Origin: an uncultured bacterium
GTDB lineage: Bacteria > Fidelibacterota > Marinisomatia > Marinisomatales > UBA1611
DNA: 64,000 bases
Assembly (NCBI GenBank): GCA_965660855.1
Contig: CBFIBM010000003.1
Location: 32,001 to 96,000, forward strand
Reading direction: 5' to 3'
The notes under the pieces were generated by a model. That model was not told the DNA's origin, did not search any database, and worked only from the letters and a program-made list of their open reading frames with translations. A program made the position numbers and the translations under genes. Shown here one piece after another: positions 39,991-50,788 of the stretch. Positions within the stretch are counted from its first letter, which is position 1. The number at the start of each line of letters is the position of its first letter.

Positions 39991-41436
39991 ATGATAAAAT
40001 TAATTCTACATTCATTTATTTTTACGTTTGTTTTTAGTCAAGAAGCTTTCGATGGGCTGACGCTATACTCTCCAACATCAGGAAATGGATCACATGTAAC
40101 CTATTTAGTAGATAATCAGATGAACATAATCAACTCTTGGGAACATCCCTATGGTGCTGCAAGTATGCCATATTTATTAAAAGATAGCACTCTTATCTAC
40201 CCGTATCGAGTTCCAAACCCTACAATGAACTCAGGTGGAGTTGGCGGTGGAATTTCAAAATATTCTTGGGCTGGTGACCTTCTTTGGAGTTATGAAATTG
40301 CAAACAATTTATATCAGCATCATCATGATGTGGAGCCACTTCCTAATGGAAATATTTTGGTAATTGTTTGGGAGAGGAAAACCTATGCAGAAGCAATATC
40401 AGCTGGAAGACAAACCTTAAATAATTCTTTAAATGAGATTTGGTCTGAAGCAATTCTAGAGTTAGAACCTGTTGGCACAAATGAAGTAAATATTGTTTGG
40501 GAATGGCATCTTTGGGATCATCTTGTGCAAGATTACGATCCTAATGTCAGTAATTATGGTGTAGTCAGTGAACATCCTGAATTGCAAGATATAAACTATG
40601 GAAATGCAGGGAGTAACCAAGGTCCAGGCGGTCCAAATGGAGATTGGAAACATTTTAATGCAATAGCATACAATGAACACTTAGATCAAATTGCTCTTTC
40701 ATCAAGAATGCATGATGAAATTTATATTATTGACCACAGTACTACATCTCTTGAAGCTGCAGGTCATAATGGTGGAATTTATGGAAGAGGTGGAGACTAT
40801 TTATTTAGATGGGGGAATCCTCAGTCCTATAACCGTGGTTCAAATCAAGATCATCAATTATCTGATCAACATGGTGTGAATTGGATTCCAGAGGGATACC
40901 CAGGTGAAGGAAATTTGATTATTTTCAATAATAATTATACAAATAATAATTCTGCTGTTTTTGAAATTACACCTCCGTTAAACGAGTCAGGTGGTTATAC
41001 TATAGATGAGAGTCAACCTTTTGGACCTGAAGAACCAGTCTGGATACATACTGGAAATTTTCATACTCAAATGCAAGGTGGAGCTTTTAGATTACCAAAT
41101 GGCAATACGCTTATTACTGATTGTGATGATGCTTTAATGTTTGAGGTTACATATAATAATGAAGTTGTCTGGAGTCATGATCAAGGTGGTGGACAATCAT
41201 TTATTGCTAGAGCTCAAAAATACCCTATTGATTATTTAGGAGATGAATTTCCTACTTATGTAACCGGAGATATTAATTTTGATCAAGATTTGGATATTTT
41301 AGATATATTATTTATATCAGATATGAGCTCTGGTTTTGGTTATACTTCGACACCTCCAGCAGATTTTAATGAAGATGGATATGTAACAATTTCAGATGTC
41401 ATACTACTCATTCAGTTTATAATTAATAATAATTAG
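39991..41436 (+). CDS. Arylsulfotransferase-like protein with C-terminal dockerin
   Basis: QHHD..LPNGN, DWKHFN, SSR, WGNP, DQH; GDINFD...D / ADFNEDG....D. Confidence 0.85.
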   Translation: MIKLILHSFIFTFVFSQEAFDGLTLYSPTSGNGSHVTYLVDNQMNIINSWEHPYGAASMPYLLKDSTLIYPYRVPNPTMNSGGVGGGISKYSWAGDLLWSYEIANNLYQHHHDVEPLPNGNILVIVWERKTYAEAISAGRQTLNNSLNEIWSEAILELEPVGTNEVNIVWEWHLWDHLVQDYDPNVSNYGVVSEHPELQDINYGNAGSNQGPGGPNGDWKHFNAIAYNEHLDQIALSSRMHDEIYIIDHSTTSLEAAGHNGGIYGRGGDYLFRWGNPQSYNRGSNQDHQLSDQHGVNWIPEGYPGEGNLIIFNNNYTNNNSAVFEITPPLNESGGYTIDESQPFGPEEPVWIHTGNFHTQMQGGAFRLPNGNTLITDCDDALMFEVTYNNEVVWSHDQGGGQSFIARAQKYPIDYLGDEFPTYVTGDINFDQDLDILDILFISDMSSGFGYTSTPPADFNEDGYVTISDVILLIQFIINNN

Positions 41437-41504
41437 TAAAATTTGTTATTTCTTTTTGGAAATAAAATCTTACCTATAATTAAAGAAGTATATTTAGATT
41501 TAAA

Positions 41505-43811
41505 ATGATTCTGAATTCAATCCTAAAAAAGCTTCAAAATTGGTTAATAAAGCAGTCCTTAGATCATTCAAAAAGAACAGTGGTTATTTCTTTTCTACTA
41601 ACAATTATTTTTAGTTTCGGTCTTCGATTTATAATTATTGATGATGATATGATGAAAATGCTTCCAAAAAACTTAGATTCAAGAATATTATGGGATTCAA
41701 TTCAAAAAGAATTTGGAAGCACAGAATCAATTTTTATAGCATTCGGAAATAAAAATCAAAATATTTTAAATCAGGAAGCTTTAGAAACTTCCTGGAAATT
41801 AGCTAAAGAATTAAAAAAGCTAAAATCTGTTCAAAATGTAATTAGTATCAGTACAAAAACTAGAGTTGATAACATTGATGATTTTTTAGAAATAAACCAA
41901 CTTCAGGAGAGCGAGACTTTAAATGAAAGTCAAATTGTAGCTATAAAGTCTTATTTGAATGTAAATAAAAAATTAAAAAAACAATTGATAAGTAAAAATG
42001 GATCATACTTTTTAACTATTGTTCATCCAGATACAATTATTGGCCTGGATAGATTTAGAGATGGAGTAGTGGGCGTTTGCTCTAATATACTAGAAAAATA
42101 TGAAGTCCATTACAGTGGTACGGCATATATCACTGGATCAATTCCACAGTTAATTAGAAAGGATATACGGGGTCTAATTCTTATTGGAACTGCAATAATG
42201 ATATTTGTACTTATGATAAACTTGAGAAATATCATTGCTGTTTTTATGGTTTTAATGGTTATTATTTTATCTTTGATATCTATGTTAGGAGCGATGGGTT
42301 GGTTATTTAAATTAACAAACTCTGATAAATTTTTATTTGCATTACTTAACACTTCAATGCCAATAATTCTATTAACAATTGCAAATTCAGACGGAGTACA
42401 TGTAATAACAAAATTTTTTAAGGAGTTAAGAAAAACTAAAAATACGAAAAAATCATTGCATACTACCTTGTTGTCACTTCAGCTACCAATATTTTTGACA
42501 AGTATTACAACAATTGGAGCCTTCTTAACCATGGTTTTTTCGCCACTTGAACCTTTAATAGGTTATGGTATTTGTATCTCAATTGGTATTGCTTGCGCTT
42601 GGCTTTTTAGTTCAATCACTCTTCCTGCATTAATGATCATGTATAATTGGAATACAAAAAGTCGCGTATTAAATGAAAAAGGGCCTTTTGAGATTTTTAT
42701 TAACTTTTTGAGTAGGATAGTTTTAAGAAGACCAAAGTTATTATTTACTTTGGGAGTATTAATTATATCTGTTAGTTCATTTGGTATATTAAGCTTAAAT
42801 GTTGATGTTAATTTATCTAGCTTTTTTAAACCTAAAACAGAAATTCGAGATAGTATGGATTTTATGGATGAAGAGATGGCTGGAACTATGGACTTAAGAA
42901 TTCGCATAGAGGGAGATATGAGAGACCCTCAACTATTAAATAAAATAGATTCTTTACAAACGTTTATCGAAAAAAATGAAAAGATTTCATTAACAAATTC
43001 TATTTCTGATATTGTAAAAGAAATGCACTGTACTTTCATGAATGATAGTATTAAATATAAAACGATACCAAATACGAAAGCTAAAATCAACAATCTCTTT
43101 ACGATGTACGATCTTTCTGGTAATGCAGAAGATCTTTCTTTTCTGGTTAATCAAAATAATTCAGCAGGCCTTGTAAGTTCTCTAAGTTCTACAATGTCTA
43201 CTGATCAGGTATTCTATTTTATTGAAAATATATCTCAATATATTAGCTTAAAATTTTCAAAGTTCCATACGATGAATGTTACAGGTATAATTGTTGTAAT
43301 CAGAGATTTAGTGATTTTAATCATACAGTCATCATTTATTAGTATTGCATTATCGTTAATTTTTGTCATTGTAATTTCTTCTATATTCTTTAATGGTATA
43401 CTTTGGGGAATTTTGGCAACTATACCATTAACAGGATCAATAATTTTAAATTTTGGATTAATGGGTTATTTAAACATACCTTTAAATCATATTACTGCAA
43501 TTTTATCTTCAATTATTATTGGCGTTGGAATTGACTTTGCTATTCATTTTATTGCAAAATATAGAAACCTTCAAAAAGAGAATATAAAAGACAACTTAAC
43601 ACAGGAAACCTTTAAAGAGGCTGGTTATCCTATATTGCTTGACGCAGTTTCTAATATGGGTTTTGGGGCACTATTGTTTTCTTCATTTCTACCTGTTCAG
43701 TTTATAGGAGGGTTAATGATAATTGCAATGTTTTCAACTTCTTTTGGTACTTTAATTATATTAACAACTTTAGTTCAACTATTTCAAAATAATATTAAAA
43801 AAAATCAATAA
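41505..43811 (+). CDS. MMPL/RND family transporter (second copy)
   Basis: TIANSDGVH and GVGIDFAIHF; same architecture as 29232..31523. Confidence 0.9.
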   Translation: MILNSILKKLQNWLIKQSLDHSKRTVVISFLLTIIFSFGLRFIIIDDDMMKMLPKNLDSRILWDSIQKEFGSTESIFIAFGNKNQNILNQEALETSWKLAKELKKLKSVQNVISISTKTRVDNIDDFLEINQLQESETLNESQIVAIKSYLNVNKKLKKQLISKNGSYFLTIVHPDTIIGLDRFRDGVVGVCSNILEKYEVHYSGTAYITGSIPQLIRKDIRGLILIGTAIMIFVLMINLRNIIAVFMVLMVIILSLISMLGAMGWLFKLTNSDKFLFALLNTSMPIILLTIANSDGVHVITKFFKELRKTKNTKKSLHTTLLSLQLPIFLTSITTIGAFLTMVFSPLEPLIGYGICISIGIACAWLFSSITLPALMIMYNWNTKSRVLNEKGPFEIFINFLSRIVLRRPKLLFTLGVLIISVSSFGILSLNVDVNLSSFFKPKTEIRDSMDFMDEEMAGTMDLRIRIEGDMRDPQLLNKIDSLQTFIEKNEKISLTNSISDIVKEMHCTFMNDSIKYKTIPNTKAKINNLFTMYDLSGNAEDLSFLVNQNNSAGLVSSLSSTMSTDQVFYFIENISQYISLKFSKFHTMNVTGIIVVIRDLVILIIQSSFISIALSLIFVIVISSIFFNGILWGILATIPLTGSIILNFGLMGYLNIPLNHITAILSSIIIGVGIDFAIHFIAKYRNLQKENIKDNLTQETFKEAGYPILLDAVSNMGFGALLFSSFLPVQFIGGLMIIAMFSTSFGTLIILTTLVQLFQNNIKKNQ

Positions 43812-44563
43812 TGTTTTCAAAAATTATTCTACTATTTATAATAATTAATTTTTCATACGGACAGTTAGGTTATGAAATTGCTCATAAAGTATATTCAAAA
43901 AATGTAGTAGATGATTTAACCTGTATCATGAAAATGAAATTAATTAATTCAAAGAATAAAATTAAAAACTATAAAATGAAATCATTATCAATAGATGGTA
44001 GTCGAAAGCAAATAATATGGTTTATGGAGCCCAGTTATGATAAAGGGATTTCATTCTATAAAGTTGAACATGAAAACAGAGAAAATGAAATGAAAATGTG
44101 GCTGCCAGCTTTTAAAAAAATTAGGAGGATTAGTTCAAAGAAAAAAAGTGATTCATTCATGGGATCAGATTTAAGCTATGAGGATTTATCAAGAAGAAAA
44201 TTAAATGACTATACATTTAAAAAAATAGAAGATAGATCTTTTAATAATAAAAGTTATTTTGTAATAGAAATTACACCAAAACAAAAATCAAATTCTTCAT
44301 ACAAAAATCATATATCATGGGTTGATAAAAAAACATATAATATTATAAGAGAAAATTCTTTTGGTATTAATGGTAATCTTTTAAAAGAAAAAGAATTTTT
44401 TTATATAACTTTGAAAGGTTATGAAATTATTGAAAAAGTAAAGGTTTATAACCCAATATTGAAGCATTCAACTATTATCGAATTTACTCAAATAGAGATT
44501 AATTCAGATATTAATGAAAGCTTTTTTCATGAAAAATATATGAAACGTATTCCTAAAATTTAA
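43811..44563 (+). CDS. LolA-like outer-membrane lipoprotein-sorting protein (second copy)
   Basis: WFMEP..DKG, MWLPAFKKIRRI, SFMGSDLSYEDL; TAATG overlap with the MMPL gene. Confidence 0.88.
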   Translation: MFSKIILLFIIINFSYGQLGYEIAHKVYSKNVVDDLTCIMKMKLINSKNKIKNYKMKSLSIDGSRKQIIWFMEPSYDKGISFYKVEHENRENEMKMWLPAFKKIRRISSKKKSDSFMGSDLSYEDLSRRKLNDYTFKKIEDRSFNNKSYFVIEITPKQKSNSSYKNHISWVDKKTYNIIRENSFGINGNLLKEKEFFYITLKGYEIIEKVKVYNPILKHSTIIEFTQIEINSDINESFFHEKYMKRIPKI

Positions 44564-46902
44564 TTTCGTAATGGTTTTCCTTTCAGTAACATATATTTGA
44601 TTCTTTCTTGGGTGAATTGTTCTCCGGCTAGGGAAATAAAAGCTTCGCGTTCAAGATCTAAGAGATATTGTTCATCAACTGGTCTTATTAGACTAGCATT
44701 GTCACCACCAGTTAATACATGTGAAAGTTTCTCTCCAATTTTTTGATCAAATTCAGATATATTTCCTTTAACTCTTAAGTTTTTAAGTGATACATCTAAA
44801 GCTGTTTTACCACCTTTTCCAGGCAATAATAGATTGTCTACAAATACTGGTGCTTTATAATTGCTAGATAATTTTAGTGTTTTTATTTTTGCTTTTTTTA
44901 TTAAATGATCTTTATTCATAATGATAGAATCTGAATGCCTGATTAATCCAATTTTTTTTGCCTCGAAAGCGTTGTTAGATGTTTTTGCAAAACCTATAGT
45001 TTCAAATATTTTTTGAATTTTTTGAAAAGTAGTATCATTCGTATCTGATGATAATGCATTTAGGATCATCCGTAAATTACCACCTCCTCCAGGAATTAGG
45101 CCTACTGCTACCTCAACTAAACCCATATAGGTTTCAGCCGCTGCCATAATATGACAACAAGGTTGAATGATTTCTACACCACCTCCCAAAGTCAATTGGA
45201 ATGGAGTTGCAACAATAGGTCCCTTTGAAAATCGTATTCTCTGAGTAGTATCTTGTAAACTTTTAATTACAAAATTTAATTTTTCCCATTCTTTATTTTT
45301 ACTAAGATTAAGAATAAGATTTAAATCTGCTCCAACGCAAAAATTAGCTCCTTGATGTCCAATGACCATCCCTTTAAATGTATCGTTTTCAATAAGGTCT
45401 AATCCAAAATTAATTATTTTTAAAATTGAACTATCTATTGGCTGCATTTTGGGCTTCTTAGCAGAGTGGAACTCGACATTAAGTATTCCATCTCCTAGAT
45501 TATTTAAGCTTGCACTTTCATCTTTTTTGATACTTTCAATTTTTGTTTTATAAAGATTTAAATTAATTGAATGAAAATCTTCATTTTTTGTTTTTAACGT
45601 ATTATTTATTGGGCACCAATAATAGAGTTTTCCATTTTTATTTTCATAAAATTTTTCCCTTCCTTTTGAAAGCATATAAAGAACCCAATTTGGAACGATT
45701 TTACCTTCCTCAATCATCCTATTTGTTGTTTTTCGTAGACCAATAATATCCCAGCTTTCGAAGGGGCCATACTCCCACCCAAAACCCCATTTCATCGCAT
45801 TATCTATGTTTACAATATCATTAGAAATTTCAGGCACTCTATTAGCGCTATAAATTAATGTACTTGAAAAAGTTTCCCAGAAAAAGGTACTTCCTCTATC
45901 AGATTTACTGATCAAGTAAATTAACCTATCGGATGTATTTTGATAATTTTTAGCTTTAGTAATGCAGTCAAATTGAATATCTTTAATTTGAGTGTATTTA
46001 TAGGTACTTAAATCTAATGAATTGATTATACCATTTTTATCCTTCTTATAAAACCCCTCTCCTGTTTTTTGACCAAGTCTACCATTTTTAATTAAATCAT
46101 TTATAATAGGTGGTGGATTGAATATATCTCGCTCTTCATCTTTTATTGCCTTTTCATATGTAGTTAGGGAAACATTTTTTAAAGTATCTAACCCAACAAC
46201 ATCAGCAGTTCTAAATGTTGCACTCTTTGGCCTGCCAGATATTGGACCAGTTAGAGCATCTACTTCTTCTATTGTAAGATTATTTTTTATAGCTAATTCT
46301 ATTGCTTTCATCATTCCATAAATCCCAACTCTATTACCAATAAAGTTTGGAGTATCCTTTCCGTGTACAATTCCCTTACCTAAAATAGTTTCACCAAAAT
46401 ACATCATAATTGAATATGTTTTCTCTGATGTAAAATCACTTTTGATAAGTTCTAGTAAATGCATATATCTAGGAGGATTAAAAAAATGCGTAATCATAAA
46501 TCGTTTTTGTAGTTCTAAAGGTAGGTTTTTTGTTAATTCAAAAATTGGAATACCGGATGTATTTGAAGTTAAAAGTGCATTTTTATTTAAAAATGGAGCT
46601 ATTTGATCATAGACTTTCAACTTAATATCGAGATGCTCAATTACTGCTTCAATAACCCAGTCTACTTTATTTAACTTTTTTAAATCTTCTTTGTAGTTAC
46701 AAGGCGTTATTAAATCAATATTTTTAATATCATAAAGAGGAGTGGGTTTCATTCTTAAAAGTGAGTTTTTTCCTTTTTCAGATAAGTCTTGATCCGTATC
46801 ATAAAGAAAGTTTTTTACACCTGCATTACTTAGATGCCCAGAAATTTGAGCCCCCATGACTCCAGAACCTAAAACTGCTACTTTTTGAATTTTTTTAATC
46901 AT
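44560..46902 (-). CDS. 3-hydroxyacyl-CoA dehydrogenase/enoyl-CoA hydratase (FadN-type)
   Basis: VLGSGVMG, SNTSG, HFFNPPRY, DTPNFIGNR; C-terminal crotonase NFCVGADL, LGGG.E. Confidence 0.93.
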   Translation of the reverse strand: MIKKIQKVAVLGSGVMGAQISGHLSNAGVKNFLYDTDQDLSEKGKNSLLRMKPTPLYDIKNIDLITPCNYKEDLKKLNKVDWVIEAVIEHLDIKLKVYDQIAPFLNKNALLTSNTSGIPIFELTKNLPLELQKRFMITHFFNPPRYMHLLELIKSDFTSEKTYSIMMYFGETILGKGIVHGKDTPNFIGNRVGIYGMMKAIELAIKNNLTIEEVDALTGPISGRPKSATFRTADVVGLDTLKNVSLTTYEKAIKDEERDIFNPPPIINDLIKNGRLGQKTGEGFYKKDKNGIINSLDLSTYKYTQIKDIQFDCITKAKNYQNTSDRLIYLISKSDRGSTFFWETFSSTLIYSANRVPEISNDIVNIDNAMKWGFGWEYGPFESWDIIGLRKTTNRMIEEGKIVPNWVLYMLSKGREKFYENKNGKLYYWCPINNTLKTKNEDFHSINLNLYKTKIESIKKDESASLNNLGDGILNVEFHSAKKPKMQPIDSSILKIINFGLDLIENDTFKGMVIGHQGANFCVGADLNLILNLSKNKEWEKLNFVIKSLQDTTQRIRFSKGPIVATPFQLTLGGGVEIIQPCCHIMAAAETYMGLVEVAVGLIPGGGGNLRMILNALSSDTNDTTFQKIQKIFETIGFAKTSNNAFEAKKIGLIRHSDSIIMNKDHLIKKAKIKTLKLSSNYKAPVFVDNLLLPGKGGKTALDVSLKNLRVKGNISEFDQKIGEKLSHVLTGGDNASLIRPVDEQYLLDLEREAFISLAGEQFTQERIKYMLLKGKPLRN

Positions 46903-46906
46903 TGTT

Positions 46907-48037
46907 TTAAGCCCTTTTTAATATTGTAGAGATACCTTGTCCTGTTCCGATGCACATAGTTGCCAATCCAGTTCTTTGATTTTTTTGTTCTAAAGTATTA
47001 ATTAATGTTGTAATTATCCTTGCACCAGAGCAGCCTAGAGGGTGTCCAAGGGCGATAGAACCACCATTAATATTTATTTTTGATTGATTCCATTTTCCTT
47101 TTTTTATAACGTATAAAGCTTGGGCTGCAAATGCTTCATTTAATTCAATTAAATCAATATCTTTCATTTTGAGATTTGCTTTATGGAGTGCTTTTTCCGT
47201 AGCAGGTAATGGTCCAATTCCCATTTTTCGCCAATCCACACCAGCTACCGCTCTACCAATGATATGAGCTCTAATATTTAAGTTATGCTTTTTTGCAAAA
47301 GGTTCACTGGTTAATAATATTGCGGAAGCTCCAAAGGAAAGAGGACTTGATGTAGCTGCAGTCACACTTCCATTTTCTAAAAAAGCTGGTCTAAGAGCTT
47401 TTATTTTTTCAAGATTTGGGGTTCGAGGTCCTTCATCTTGATTTATTAAATGGCTACCGTAAGAATCAATAGTTACGATTTCATTTTTAAAAAAATCCAA
47501 TTCAATAGCTTTGAGTGCTTTCTCATGGGATTCGATAGCAAATTCCTCCTGTTGACTTCTAGATATATTCCCATCAGAGGCTAATCGCTCTGCTGTTTCA
47601 CCCATCCCGATGTAATATTCTTGTCTTGCGAGTTTAGAGTTGAAATCAGGATTAAAACCACCCATAGGTATAGAAAACATATCTTCAACACCCCCAGCTA
47701 TTCCAACTTCAATATCTCCAGATTCAATTTTAGTACTAATTTGATGGAATGCATCCATTGAAGAACCACAAAATCGATTAACAACTGAACCAGCAATTGT
47801 TTGTGGCAAACCTGCTAAAATTGCGATACCTTTTGAAATAAGCATCCCTTGAGGTCCTTCAGGGAACGCACAGCCAAAAATTAAATCTTCAATAAATTTA
47901 GGGTTTAAATTCTCGTTTCTTTTTAAAAGATCAATGATAATTTGGGAAGATAAATCATCTGGACGAATTCCAATTAACTTGCCATTTTTAATTCCTATTG
48001 GAGATCGAACAGCATCTATTACTACAGATTTTATCAT
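46907..48037 (-). CDS. Acetyl-CoA C-acyltransferase (thiolase)
   Basis: [28 protein letters not shown]. Confidence 0.95.
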   Translation of the reverse strand: MIKSVVIDAVRSPIGIKNGKLIGIRPDDLSSQIIIDLLKRNENLNPKFIEDLIFGCAFPEGPQGMLISKGIAILAGLPQTIAGSVVNRFCGSSMDAFHQISTKIESGDIEVGIAGGVEDMFSIPMGGFNPDFNSKLARQEYYIGMGETAERLASDGNISRSQQEEFAIESHEKALKAIELDFFKNEIVTIDSYGSHLINQDEGPRTPNLEKIKALRPAFLENGSVTAATSSPLSFGASAILLTSEPFAKKHNLNIRAHIIGRAVAGVDWRKMGIGPLPATEKALHKANLKMKDIDLIELNEAFAAQALYVIKKGKWNQSKININGGSIALGHPLGCSGARIITTLINTLEQKNQRTGLATMCIGTGQGISTILKRA

Positions 48038-48211
48038 TGTATTTATTGAAAAAGGAAGTTCAGATTAAATTCATAAAAATTAAGGTTGATATTGGTAAAA
48101 TCGATCCTTTTATTCTCTTTTTTTTCTTTAAGCTTTCTTTTCATGATAGCTTTAAAGCCAGTTAAAATTTAAGTGTTTCGATTTTTATTTTAAACTTTTT
48201 AATAAAATTTA

Positions 48212-48266
48212 TTGACAATATTTGGATAATTAGTTTAATTTTTTATTGATAATAAGTCTCAATAAC
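48212..48266 (+). promoter_or_regulatory. Putative promoter and Fur-like box upstream of the FecA-like receptor
   Basis: TTGACA-N16-TTTAAT; GATAATAAGTCTCAATAAC (48248-48266) matches 13/19 of the Fur consensus; TATTGA-N9-TCAATA dyad. Confidence 0.5.
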
Positions 48267-48352
48267 AACAAAGTGTTTATAATCTTGGTTTTAAAATAAA
48301 ATTATTAAGTCACAAATTATGAATTATCCAAAAAGGAAAAAAAATTAATATC

Positions 48353-50773
48353 ATGAAAAAAATAATATTTATATGTTTATTTTTAACAAATTTAGTACTT
48401 GCAAAGTTTTTTTCATCAAAACTAGTTGACTCAAAAACCGGTGCACCTATAATTGATGCAAATATTCAGGTTTTAGAATCTAAAACTAATGGAACCATTT
48501 CAGATGATAATGGTATTTTTTACATTGAATTACCAAATAGTAACCAATCCAGTATTGAAATTAATGCTATCGGATATAAGCAAAAGATTTTACCTATAAA
48601 TTCAATTAATGATAATCTATTAATAGTTGAAATAGAACAAGATACAATCCAATACAACGCAATAGAGGTATTAGCGGAGAGAACTAAATTAATTGGAAAT
48701 GGAAGAAATTATTTTAGAACACCCGGTTCATTTTCATTCGTTTCAAAAAGAGAAGTTCTACAATTTAAAGACACGGATATAAATTATGTTATAGCCCAGG
48801 TTCCTGGTGTTTATTCTCAGCAAGAGGAAGGGTATGGCCTGCGCCCAAATATTGGGATGCGTGGTAGTGGTTTAGAAAGGTCAGCAAAAATAAATATGAT
48901 GGAAGATGGTATACCAATATCTCCAGCTCCATATTCAAGTCCAGCTGCTTATTACTCTCCAACTGCTGGTAGAATGGAATCTTTTGAAATTAGGAAGGGC
49001 TCTTCGCAGATTAAATATGGACCACATTCAACTGGCGGAGCAATAAATTACATTTCATCGAATATCCCGCATAAATTAAGTTTAAATGGAAGTTTAAGTT
49101 ACGGAGACTTTAATACTACTAAATTTAATGTTAAATCGGGTATATCAGGCAGAAACTTTGGAATTCTATTCCAATCTTTTTTAGATAAAAATAATGGGTT
49201 TAAAAATATAGACGATGGAAGCCATTCAGGGTTTGACAAGAAAGATTTTTTATTAAAAACAAGAATTAATTCAAACTCAAATAATATAGCCTTAGAAGCA
49301 AAATTTAGTAAAACTGAAGAATTGAGTAACGAGACATATTTAGGTCTTACAAGAAGTGATTTTAAATTAACTCCTTATAGAAGATATTTAGCTTCGCAGA
49401 ATGATCAAATGGAAGCAGATCATAATCAATTTACTATTTCTAGTGTTGTTAAATTTTTAGAGAATTATGATTTTACAGTAACTTTTTATGATAATAGTTT
49501 TCATAGAAATTGGTATAAGCTGAACAAAGTTAATAATCAAAGTATAGGTTCAATTTTAATTTCAGATAATTTAAATGAAGACAACTATCAATTATTGTTT
49601 GCTGAAGAAACGGAAGATGATATTTTTGAAGTAAAAGCAAATAATCGTTTATATTATTCTAGAGGTATACAAAGTATTTTTCGTTCAAACTTAAAATTAT
49701 TTGGTTCTAGTCATAATATATTGTTTGGCACTCGATTTCATAAAGATGAAATGGATAGATATCAATGGGCTGATTTATATAAAATGAATGATAGAAAACT
49801 ATTTATGACTACTCAAGGCCTAAAAGGAGCTGGGAGCAAAAATAATAGACTATATTCAGCTTCAGCAAATTCTATCTTTATAGAAGATGAATTGAGTTTA
49901 AATAAATTATTAGTATCATTAGGAGCACGATACGAAAAAATTCATTTGAAGCGTCAAGATTGGGGTAATGATCTAGAAAGGGATTCAACTGCATCTATAA
50001 TCAAAAATGCAGATATAAATATATTTATTCCAGGATTTGGAATTTCATATCAAATTAATAATTCAGTGCAAATTTTTTCAGGTATTCATTCTGGTTTCTC
50101 TCCTCCAGGTCCTGGGATTGATGGTGAAGATAATATTCTACCTGAAGAAAGTATAAATATCGAATTAGGGGCCAGATTAAATAATAGATTTCAAAAATTG
50201 GAATTAGTTTCTTTTTATAATAATTATAAAAACTTACTTGGGGAAGATAACGAATCTACTGGTAGTGGAACCTATGAACAGTTTAATGGGGGTAAAGTAT
50301 TGGTAAAAGGTTTAGAATTATCTTACAATAACCTTTTTAGAACTAATAATGGTTTCAATTTTCCATTGACAATTAGCTATACATATACAGATGCAAAATT
50401 TAAAAATAGTTTTGATAGTGATTTCGAACCATGGGGTGAAGTTAAAAATAATGATGAAATTCCGTATATACCTAAAAATATGTTATATACAAGTTTTGGT
50501 GTTTTAAGCTCAAAATTTGAATCTTACCTTAGGTTTAAGTTCATTGATAATACAAGAATTGTAGCTGGTAAGGATAATTTTTCCTCACTAAATAGTAATG
50601 ATCAGCAAAGATTGTTCGATTTCGTGACCAAATATAATTTAGAGTCTAATATTTCATTATCACTCAAAGTGTATAATGTTTTTAATTCTATATATTCAGT
50701 TGCTTCAAGGCCTGCAGGATTAAGACCAAATATGCCAAGATATATTGAGTCTGAATTAAATTTTAATTTTTAA
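48353..50773 (+). CDS. TonB-dependent receptor, FecA-like
   Basis: N-terminal CarboxypepD-like domain; EEGYGLRPNIGMRG, MEDGIP..PAPY, YGP...GGAIN; C-terminal Phe. Confidence 0.92.
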   Translation: MKKIIFICLFLTNLVLAKFFSSKLVDSKTGAPIIDANIQVLESKTNGTISDDNGIFYIELPNSNQSSIEINAIGYKQKILPINSINDNLLIVEIEQDTIQYNAIEVLAERTKLIGNGRNYFRTPGSFSFVSKREVLQFKDTDINYVIAQVPGVYSQQEEGYGLRPNIGMRGSGLERSAKINMMEDGIPISPAPYSSPAAYYSPTAGRMESFEIRKGSSQIKYGPHSTGGAINYISSNIPHKLSLNGSLSYGDFNTTKFNVKSGISGRNFGILFQSFLDKNNGFKNIDDGSHSGFDKKDFLLKTRINSNSNNIALEAKFSKTEELSNETYLGLTRSDFKLTPYRRYLASQNDQMEADHNQFTISSVVKFLENYDFTVTFYDNSFHRNWYKLNKVNNQSIGSILISDNLNEDNYQLLFAEETEDDIFEVKANNRLYYSRGIQSIFRSNLKLFGSSHNILFGTRFHKDEMDRYQWADLYKMNDRKLFMTTQGLKGAGSKNNRLYSASANSIFIEDELSLNKLLVSLGARYEKIHLKRQDWGNDLERDSTASIIKNADINIFIPGFGISYQINNSVQIFSGIHSGFSPPGPGIDGEDNILPEESINIELGARLNNRFQKLELVSFYNNYKNLLGEDNESTGSGTYEQFNGGKVLVKGLELSYNNLFRTNNGFNFPLTISYTYTDAKFKNSFDSDFEPWGEVKNNDEIPYIPKNMLYTSFGVLSSKFESYLRFKFIDNTRIVAGKDNFSSLNSNDQQRLFDFVTKYNLESNISLSLKVYNVFNSIYSVASRPAGLRPNMPRYIESELNFNF

Positions 50774-50788
50774 AATTGATGATAGTCA

